A DNA stretch of 64,000 nt, taken from the IMG/VR virus record IMGVR_UViG_3300045970_000027, positions 20,306 through 84,305 of that record. The stretch is one strand, 5' to 3'. Within the stretch, counting starts at the first letter, position 1. Each line of letters starts with the position of its first letter. Made by a program: the position numbers and the translations under genes. This DNA is from a virus. Below are positions 57,573 through 64,000 of this stretch, one piece after another. The notes under the pieces are model-generated. The model was not told where the DNA came from. It worked only from the letters and a program-made list of their open reading frames with translations, and ran no database searches.

Positions 57573-57634
57573 GGTTCTCCTATCGGGGGGCTACCCCAAT
57601 TGTGGTGTCCTACGGGGGTACCCACAGGGCTAAG

Positions 57635-58210
57635 TCATACCCCGTACTGGTCGCAAAGCGCGCTGAACCGTGCAAGACCGGCACGGTACGCGATGTAGTC
57701 CTTAGGGTTATCCCGCTCAAACTGCTTCCGGTCGTAGTTGGTGGTGTACGGGACTGCCACCATCTTGTTCGGGTTGACGTTAGCCTGTAGCGGGCCAACC
57801 AGCCTGATGTTCAGCACGGCATGCAGGAGGAGGAAGGACCGCGCCATCTGCTCTGCTTGCCCCACAAAGGTGAAGGACGCGATGTCTAACGACTCAAAGA
57901 ACTTCCCGTACGTCTCATCGTGGGATGCCGCAAGAAACTGCTCAAGGGAGGCACCACTACTGACAAGCGGTCGATCTCTGTCGTTGCCGGGGATGTTGGC
58001 GAACATGGCAGGCTCACGCAGGTAGGCGTAGTAGAGGCTGGCGCGGGTCTGCATCGGTTCTCTGATCATTGTGACGTACTCATGGGTGTGGTCGCACCCG
58101 GCCAATCTTGCTGGAAGGACATGACCACCGCAGTACGTGATGTTGTTACCACTTAGCGTTCCCGCGAGTACCGTTGAACCTGTCTTGGGAACTCGGAGGT
58201 AGGTAATCAT
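57635..58210 (-). CDS. sulfotransferase family protein
   Basis: LRVPKTGST; IREP....SLYY; FTFVG; N..D...Y. Confidence 0.8.
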   Translation of the reverse strand: MITYLRVPKTGSTVLAGTLSGNNITYCGGHVLPARLAGCDHTHEYVTMIREPMQTRASLYYAYLREPAMFANIPGNDRDRPLVSSGASLEQFLAASHDETYGKFFESLDIASFTFVGQAEQMARSFLLLHAVLNIRLVGPLQANVNPNKMVAVPYTTNYDRKQFERDNPKDYIAYRAGLARFSALCDQYGV

Positions 58211-58216
58211 CTACTG

Positions 58217-58759
58217 CTACAGCGACCCAGTGTCACCCTGCACCGAGAGCGTCACGCCATCAGCCGTGAGGGCGGTTGTGTTGGCGGCGGTGCGCCGGAT
58301 CCAGAATGCACGGCAGGATCCAACGGGGATCGTACCGAGAGCGATACCGGTCGCGAAAGTGGTCGGCGACGTGAAGGTCACACCAGCAGGAGCAGTCGTC
58401 TCATTGGCGATGGTCACGGCCTGAGCCACAGCCGCACCGATGAGCGAGGCAGCAGTCGGGTCGACCCCGATAGCGATGGAGGCACCACCCGCAGTCTCCG
58501 CGCTGATCCATGCGAAGACGGTCTCGTACGGGTTAGTCGCATTGCTGTTGTGGATGAAGATGCACCTGTAGTCGACCGTCGAGGCGGCGTTCTCAGCACC
58601 CGTGATGTTGTCGAAGAGGTCGTTGACAACACTGCCCGCCCACGCCGTCGTACTGATCTGGTCACCCAGCGCAGTAGACGCAGCAGACGTCGTCGTGTTT
58701 CCAGCGGCGGCGACAACGGAGTACTTCCAGAGTACTTCGCCAGTAGTGATTGCGGTCAT
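58217..58759 (-). CDS. virion fibre subunit (type A)
   Basis: LFD.ITG.EN....DYRCIFIHN, AFWIRR. Confidence 0.65.
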   Translation of the reverse strand: MTAITTGEVLWKYSVVAAAGNTTTSAASTALGDQISTTAWAGSVVNDLFDNITGAENAASTVDYRCIFIHNSNATNPYETVFAWISAETAGGASIAIGVDPTAASLIGAAVAQAVTIANETTAPAGVTFTSPTTFATGIALGTIPVGSCRAFWIRRTAANTTALTADGVTLSVQGDTGSL

Positions 58760-58787
58760 GCTGTTCCTTCCTTACTTGGGTCGTGGG

Positions 58788-59171
58788 TTACGCGAGAGAG
58801 AGGGTGATAGAACCGGCCGCGAACTGGAGGGTGTCGCCAGCCGTAGTCGTCTTCGGGATGGTGAGGACGCCGTACGCAAGTCGCTTCGGGGTCGCGTTGG
58901 AGTCCCACCACTCGACACCGTTCACCGTGGTGGCAGGTAGACCGGCGAAGTTGATGGTCGCGCTGTTGGCGATCACACCCAGAGCGGCAGCCCCGAACGT
59001 GATGGTCTGGCTGACGTAGGAGCCGCCAGTCACCTCGGTACCGGCAGCCGCGTCGGTACCGCTGATGGACATCAGGCGCAACTTGACCGGTCCCGTCATC
59101 GTGTACGCGGCCGTTCCGACAAGGGCGTCGAGCAACTGATTCTCGATTACATCGGGAAGGTTGTCAGCCAT
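58788..59171 (-). CDS. virion fibre subunit (type B)
   Basis: EN.LLD....Y, EVTGGSY, K....GD.L.F..G.I. Confidence 0.7.
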   Translation of the reverse strand: MADNLPDVIENQLLDALVGTAAYTMTGPVKLRLMSISGTDAAAGTEVTGGSYVSQTITFGAAALGVIANSATINFAGLPATTVNGVEWWDSNATPKRLAYGVLTIPKTTTAGDTLQFAAGSITLSLA

Positions 59172-59198
59172 ACGTGTCGCTCTTTCTTGTAGGAGGTG

Positions 59199-59681
59199 TT
59201 ACACCCTCTGATAGCGAATGAAGACAGTGAGGTCTGCTCCCCTCACGATAGAGCCGACCGAGACGATATTCACGGTCAAGTATTCGCCAGTAACGACAGT
59301 CTGAGTTACAAACGAACTGACCTCGGCAGCCTCATGGAAGCCGTCGAGGATGTGTAGTTTGGACGCCGTGAGGACCGAGACACCGTTCTTGAGGACGTCG
59401 ATGACGACGTCGGCCCCCGTAGGGGCGGTAGCGATGGCAGCCGAGACTCCCAAGATGGTGGCCGGGAATGGGAAGCGGTACCGCTTGACCCCACCGTCTC
59501 CAGCCGAGAGGTCGCCATCCCGCGAGTAGACGATCAGGGACTCCCCTGCCGGTCCGCGTGCGCCGCCCTTGGAGGCGTCCACCGTGATGGAGGGTGTCGT
59601 GGTCGTACCCGTGTTCGTCGTGAGGACCAAGGTCGGAGAGACCCTCGGGCTGATGACTATCGGTGTGAGTTCGGTGGCCAT
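59199..59681 (-). CDS. virion decoration/fibre protein
   Basis: GARGPAG; TAPTGA.V.IDV.KNG, VGS...GADLTV. Confidence 0.65.
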   Translation of the reverse strand: MATELTPIVISPRVSPTLVLTTNTGTTTTPSITVDASKGGARGPAGESLIVYSRDGDLSAGDGGVKRYRFPFPATILGVSAAIATAPTGADVVIDVLKNGVSVLTASKLHILDGFHEAAEVSSFVTQTVVTGEYLTVNIVSVGSIVRGADLTVFIRYQRV

Positions 59682-59689
59682 TCAGGCTC

Positions 59690-60736
59690 CTACGGGGTAT
59701 GCGAGATCTGGCGCTTCGCGAAGACAGCACCGTTGACGTAGGTGTACTGGAGACCGTTCGGGTCGGTGACCTGCAGATCCCAGAACGTCCGGAGCGGGAA
59801 CTTGGTCGTCTGCGCCGACGTGAGCGAGAGGGTCGCCTTCCCGAGAGCGACATTGGTGACCTGCACGGCGATCTCCGCGACGACGGCGGCCGACTCTGGG
59901 TAGAGCCTGACCTGCGCCAGCATCGTGTGCCCGGTGATGTCGAACGGGAAGTCGATGTCGAACGAGTAGTCGTCGCCCTGCGTGAAGACGAGGTCGAACG
60001 GGGCTGCATCGCTCGGTACCGGGGAGCCACCGTACGTCGGGATCGGGAGGAAGATCCGCTGGGGAGCCGAGCGGTCGTCCACCTCCTGCGGCATGTAGAC
60101 GGGGACGTACCGGTTGGTCGTCTTGCTGATCCTCCGGAACGTGAACGTCTCGATGCGGGTGAGGCCGATATTGAGGGCCTTGCAGAGATCGTCGTACTGG
60201 ACCTTGCGGGCGTTGATCATCTCCATCAACTGCCGGAACCGCTCGGCCCGAGGAATGGAGATCCCGTCGGGAGTGGAGATGTCGATGTCGAAGGAGGCGT
60301 CGGTCGCCAGCGTGTACAGCGCTTGGACCGTCCCGAGCAGGGCGACCGGGTACTCCTCCACGACCGGGAGGTTGGTCACGTTCATAGCGCGGCCGAAGGC
60401 GTCCGTCCGGTTATGGAGGTGCTCGTTGACGGCGGCCTCCACGATGGCGGTCAACTCAACAGTCGTGAAGAACCTGTAGTGCGTCCCCTGCGCCGAGAGC
60501 GCGTTGCCGAGGGTGGGGGCGGTATCGAAGGTGAGGACGCCCGTATGTTCCTCGACCACGACCGCGAGGGAGACGTTGACACCAGCGTTGAAGACGGCCA
60601 GCGTCGATCCGAGGACGGGTGAGTACGGCATCTCGTACCTGTTTGTCCCGGTCGCAGTAGCCGTCCAGACGAACGACCTTCCGGTGTCGCCGAGTTCAAG
60701 ACGGACACGGTCGACCAGACTAGTCAGGGTCGCCAC
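59690..60736 (-). CDS. head-to-tail adaptor with C-terminal BppU-like domain
   Basis: LVDRVRLELGD, PDG.SIPR.ER, QGDD...WDLQV. Confidence 0.7.
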   Translation of the reverse strand: MATLTSLVDRVRLELGDTGRSFVWTATATGTNRYEMPYSPVLGSTLAVFNAGVNVSLAVVVEEHTGVLTFDTAPTLGNALSAQGTHYRFFTTVELTAIVEAAVNEHLHNRTDAFGRAMNVTNLPVVEEYPVALLGTVQALYTLATDASFDIDISTPDGISIPRAERFRQLMEMINARKVQYDDLCKALNIGLTRIETFTFRRISKTTNRYVPVYMPQEVDDRSAPQRIFLPIPTYGGSPVPSDAAPFDLVFTQGDDYSFDIDFPFDITGHTMLAQVRLYPESAAVVAEIAVQVTNVALGKATLSLTSAQTTKFPLRTFWDLQVTDPNGLQYTYVNGAVFAKRQISHTP

Positions 60737-60761
60737 TCAAACCTCCAGTGTTCTCTGACTA

Positions 60762-60797
60762 ATGGTCTCCGTTCACACTGTGAACGTCAGCGCTAAA
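60762..60797 (-). promoter_or_regulatory. phage promoter TTTAGCGCTGAC-N18-GACCAT with palindrome in the spacer
   Basis: gttcacactgtgaac at 60771-60785. Confidence 0.75.
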
Positions 60798-60803
60798 CAC
60801 GAA

Positions 60804-60827
60804 GGGCCACCCCCGAAGGAGTGGCCC
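60804..60827 (-). terminator. hairpin terminator
   Basis: gggccac...gtggccc. Confidence 0.6.
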
Positions 60828-60841
60828 GACGCAGTTGGTCT

Positions 60842-61216
60842 CTACGCGATGTAGGTATACCCGAGGTGGTCGAGGTAGTCGGCGAGGTCGACAGCGACCT
60901 TGTACTTCACACCAGCCGTGAAGTTGTAGGTATTGCCGTACCCGTACGTCATGTTCTCGATGTTCGCGATGACTCGGATGATGCGGGAGTCGTCTGCGAG
61001 GTCGGTACCGATGGAGATGACCTCGTCCACGATGACGGGCTCGGAGGATGCGACCTTCGGGTCGAAGACCTCGGTCTCAAGGGCTCTCGCCTCGGTTGCG
61101 GCGATGGTAGTGATCTCGTTCTCGCGGCGCTTGACCTCATCGAGGTTCGCCTTGAGGGCCTTGTCGCGCGCAACACCAGTTGCGTCGGTCGGCTTGGGTC
61201 GGGTGGTAGGTGCCAT
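60842..61216 (-). CDS. conserved capsid-adjacent protein
   Basis: MTYG.G..Y.F..G.KYKV...LA..L...GY. Confidence 0.7.
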   Translation of the reverse strand: MAPTTRPKPTDATGVARDKALKANLDEVKRRENEITTIAATEARALETEVFDPKVASSEPVIVDEVISIGTDLADDSRIIRVIANIENMTYGYGNTYNFTAGVKYKVAVDLADYLDHLGYTYIA

Positions 61217-61251
61217 GATGTGTGTTCTCCAGATAGTTGGGAGGGCTTGTC

Positions 61252-61347
61252 TTAAGTCTTGTCGGGCTGGGTCGGACTGTCAGGGTCAACTCGCCACGAA
61301 TCCATCAAGTACTGGGCGGCTGCGAGCAGGATGGCGGGGTCGGTCAT
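61252..61347 (-). pseudogene. endonuclease VII remnant (31-aa mini-ORF)
   Basis: AGGAG SD + MTDPAILLAAAQYL resembles the EndoVII C-terminus DDPATLRALANYL. Confidence 0.5.
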
Positions 61348-61364
61348 GCGGTGGTCTCCTACGA

Positions 61365-61401
61365 CTAGTGGGAGCAGCCGGGTTTCGACTGCTCCCACTA
61401 G
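61365..61401 (-). terminator. hairpin after the major capsid gene
   Basis: ctagtgggagcag...ctgctcccactag. Confidence 0.75.
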
Positions 61402-61419
61402 GGCACCACACAACTGGGT

Positions 61420-62448
61420 TCAGTTGGTCAAAACCTTGAGGATCGCTTGGTCAGTGATGATGCCCTGACCCCAGATGCCGTAGTAGGCGAGAGCGTGCTC
61501 ACGACCGAAGTCGAGAACGCCGCCGTCACGCAGTTCGACGGGGAGAGAGATCGCGTGACCGAACGCGTTGTCGCCGATGAAGATCGACTCGTACACGGTG
61601 CCACCGTTGGTCAGAGTTGCGCCAGCCTCCCAAGGAGCCTTGTGCGCGGTCTGGTCGGCAACGCCGTTGTTGATCTGAGTCGTTTCGATGAAGACGACGT
61701 CGTAAAGTCGGCCGATCTCACCGAGCATGAAGTTACCGGGGGCGGCGTACTTCGTGACCTCGATGAACTCACCGTTGTCGCGCAGACGACGCGACTGGTG
61801 CGGGTGGACGAACGAGACGTAGGTCTCGCCCAGACGCGGGACGTTCTTGGTCGCGAGGGTCTCGACCGCGTCCTTGACAGCGCCGACAGACAGGTAGAAG
61901 GCAGCCGCCGCGTTGGTGACGGTCGTCTTCGTGCCCAGCGTGCCCAGCGCGTACCAGTCAGCAGCAGCGGCCGCAGAGCGGTCGTAGCCGAAGATCTGCG
62001 ACGTTGCACCCGTGAGGGTCGTCTTGCTCTGGTTGTCGAGGTACTGCGCCATGTTGCGGCCGAGCAGACGCGAGGCAGAAGCCATGACGTCATCGAACGA
62101 AGCGTTGAGCAGGAGTTCGGAGACCGCGATGGCGTCGCCATGCTCGGCAACCGTGATCTGGATCTGCTCGGCGGTGAGGGACTTCGTCTGCATCCGGACG
62201 CCTTCCACCAGCGGTGCGGTGGGAGGAGTCATGTTGAGGTAACGCATGAAGTTGATCTGGAGACCCGGCGCTACACCGAGTTCAGTCTTCTTGACCGCGA
62301 ACTGCTCAAAGCGCAGGATCGGCATGGCCTGAAAGAGAATCTCCTTCGACCAAATGGTCTGGATCGACTGGGTGAGGTTGGAGTTCGTACCCGAGTACGA
62401 GGTGGGGGATCCGGACAGTGACCCGGTTCCGGTGATGCCAGAAGCCAT
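61420..62448 (-). CDS. major capsid protein (N4-gp56 family)
   Basis: IWSKEILFQAMP.LRFEQFA, HPHQ...LRD, GEIGR, LRDGG..DFGREH. Confidence 0.92.
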   Translation of the reverse strand: MASGITGTGSLSGSPTSYSGTNSNLTQSIQTIWSKEILFQAMPILRFEQFAVKKTELGVAPGLQINFMRYLNMTPPTAPLVEGVRMQTKSLTAEQIQITVAEHGDAIAVSELLLNASFDDVMASASRLLGRNMAQYLDNQSKTTLTGATSQIFGYDRSAAAAADWYALGTLGTKTTVTNAAAAFYLSVGAVKDAVETLATKNVPRLGETYVSFVHPHQSRRLRDNGEFIEVTKYAAPGNFMLGEIGRLYDVVFIETTQINNGVADQTAHKAPWEAGATLTNGGTVYESIFIGDNAFGHAISLPVELRDGGVLDFGREHALAYYGIWGQGIITDQAILKVLTN

Positions 62449-62491
62449 GATGCTTCCTTCCGAGGATGGTTAGTGAGGGTGGGTTGTCTTA

Positions 62492-63295
62492 CTAACCGAA
62501 CAGGCCACGGTTGTTGCCCTGAGCAGAAGTACTGCCCAATAGGCGGGATCGGTGCGTCTGGTAGTCCTTCATGGACATGCTCTTGATGTCCTCTGGCGTG
62601 AACTGCTTGTTGTCCGAATTGGTGTCCAAGGGTCCGGCGGCTGGGGCCGTGGTACGAGTCCCAACCATGTCCCGCCTCGCAGACGACATCGCCTGCTGCG
62701 CGGATTCAAGGATTCGCGTCGTGCGGTCCTTGAGGTTCTGGATGCTGGCGCTGATCTCGTCAGGCGTCGAGCCTGAGACGAGGTCCAGCAGTTCGGGCAT
62801 GATGTCCTCGCGAGCGGATTCGATCTGATCGGACTTCCATGCCTGTACTTCTTGGAAGTGGCGCTCCTGATCAAGAAGGGCGAATGCCCTCTCTCGCTCG
62901 GCTCGCTCAAGTTCCAGTTGCGCTGCGAAGTCTTGGCGCTGGGCCTCGATCAGTTCGCGTGCGCTCATCTCCTGCTCTGCGAGGCGTCGTGCCTCGGCGT
63001 CAGCCTCGGCGCGAGCGGCGGCCTCTGCGGCCTCTCGCTCCTCCTTCTCCTTACGGAGCAGGGAGATCTCTTCCTTCATCTTGTCGATCTGCGGGTACAA
63101 CTTGGCCTTCTCCTGCTCGCGTGCCTTCTCGACCGACTCTGCGGTGAAGGCCTCAAAGCGGGGGGCCGGTGCGGTAGTCGTGGTGGCTCCGTTGTAGTTC
63201 GCATTCAGGAGTTCGGGGCTGATGTTCCCGACCGAGGTGGCCGAAGAGTTGGCCACTGCCTCAACGAAGTTCTGCGCGTCGATCCCAGTACTCAT
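62492..63295 (-). CDS. capsid scaffolding protein
   Basis: Coiled coil, AREQEKAKLYP, MSMKDY..R..L; upstream of the capsid gene. Confidence 0.8.
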   Translation of the reverse strand: MSTGIDAQNFVEAVANSSATSVGNISPELLNANYNGATTTTAPAPRFEAFTAESVEKAREQEKAKLYPQIDKMKEEISLLRKEKEEREAAEAAARAEADAEARRLAEQEMSARELIEAQRQDFAAQLELERAERERAFALLDQERHFQEVQAWKSDQIESAREDIMPELLDLVSGSTPDEISASIQNLKDRTTRILESAQQAMSSARRDMVGTRTTAPAAGPLDTNSDNKQFTPEDIKSMSMKDYQTHRSRLLGSTSAQGNNRGLFG

Positions 63296-63434
63296 TGCTA
63301 ACCAATCTGTTGTGGTTGTCCGGATGCCAGTGACGGCGTATCTCGATGGGTTCAGGCCAAGCAATGTGGCCTAGTCATAGACAACTACGACTCGGTCCAA
63401 GTGTCTGGTTAAAGTGCAGTCAGAGTTACAACTT

Positions 63435-64000
63435 TTATTCTGACTTCTCCGGATCGACAGATGAGCGCTGCGGCAACTTCGTTCCGTACGCCTGAGTGAC
63501 GAGGTCGTTCTGGATCTGTGCCTCGACCATCGGCTCCATCATGTCGGGTGCGGCAATGGGGTTGCCCATTTCGTCAACACCATTGTCCATAGGCATTGCC
63601 GAGCCATCCCCCGGCATCATGCCGGTCATCTCCATGATCTGCTTCTCGATGGTCGTCTGCAGGAGTCGCAGTGCGCCGTCGGCCTCGGCATCAGCCCGCA
63701 TCTCCCTGCGGATCTCGGCCAACTTCTCCTCGGGGAACTCCTCGCCCAGTGTGCGGAGAGCACCCTCCTTCGACTCCAGACCGATCCCCATCATCATCTG
63801 AACCTCGTTGAGGACGACCAACTTGTCGAGCGGGAGCGGTGGCGGGAAGTGGATGAAGTTCTGGTACGTCAGTGGGTCCTGCGGATCGAGGCGGTCGTAC
63901 TGACCGTCCTTCAGGTTGACCTCCGTGTTCGGGTCCCAGATGAAGGTCTCGGGCTCCTTGACAGCCAGAGTAAGGAGGGCCAACTCGTTGATCCTCTGCA
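63435..64000 (-). CDS. portal protein, C-terminal part (truncated by the window)
   Basis: FPPPLPLDKL..LNE, LESKEGALR.LGEE; upstream of the scaffold. Confidence 0.75.
   Translation of the reverse strand, partial: QRINELALLTLAVKEPETFIWDPNTEVNLKDGQYDRLDPQDPLTYQNFIHFPPPLPLDKLVVLNEVQMMMGIGLESKEGALRTLGEEFPEEKLAEIRREMRADAEADGALRLLQTTIEKQIMEMTGMMPGDGSAMPMDNGVDEMGNPIAAPDMMEPMVEAQIQNDLVTQAYGTKLPQRSSVDPEKSE

Noticed and set aside
3853-60785. Palindrome as canonical parS or CRP/GlxR site
   Set aside because: parS has no spacer between TTCAC and GTGAA; CRP sites are TGTGA-N6-TCACA
63375-63413. TTTAACCAGAC upstream of the scaffold gene as a 14th promoter
   Set aside because: The upstream element matches but there is no -10 box at the 18-nt spacing; plausible, not counted
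1068-63801. Many other long plus-strand ORFs (e.g. 1915-2583, 44508-45416, 59699-60622, 61447-62421)
   Set aside because: Fully antisense to well-supported genes; expected in GC-rich DNA
1-64000. tRNA genes, DGR/retron reverse transcriptase, integrase
   Set aside because: None recognised by eye; intergenic gaps are short; tRNAscan/Infernal not run

Overview
A 64 kb stretch of a GC-rich tailed phage genome with a contractile (myovirus-type) tail. WhiB, an Rpf-like transglycosylase and leaderless sigmaA-type promoters point to an actinobacterial host. Almost all genes are on the minus strand. From right to left: portal (partial), scaffold, N4-gp56-type major capsid, head/neck and fibre accessory genes (a 959-aa two-part repeat protein, two sulfotransferases, a glycoside hydrolase), then sheath, tube, chaperone, tape measure, baseplate and fibres. 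Next is a replication/recombination block (initiator with an internal ori, degenerate DnaC, DnaB, primase, SNF2 helicase, SSB, PolA, RNA ligase, RecA, WhiB, Cas4-like nuclease, RuvC), a run of orphan genes with SpoVS and a metallophosphoesterase, an NTase/HAD-like/TGT-like cassette, an EndoVII and a class II RNR. Short plus-strand genes converge on the RNR at the left end. Signals read directly from the DNA: a 13-copy bipartite promoter motif with an exact 18-nt spacer, six copies of TTCAC-N3-GTGAA, 21-bp-phased iterons, a candidate +1 frameshift, an SD-sequestering hairpin and a 46-bp gene-junction repeat. All protein calls are motif recognition by eye; no database searches were run.
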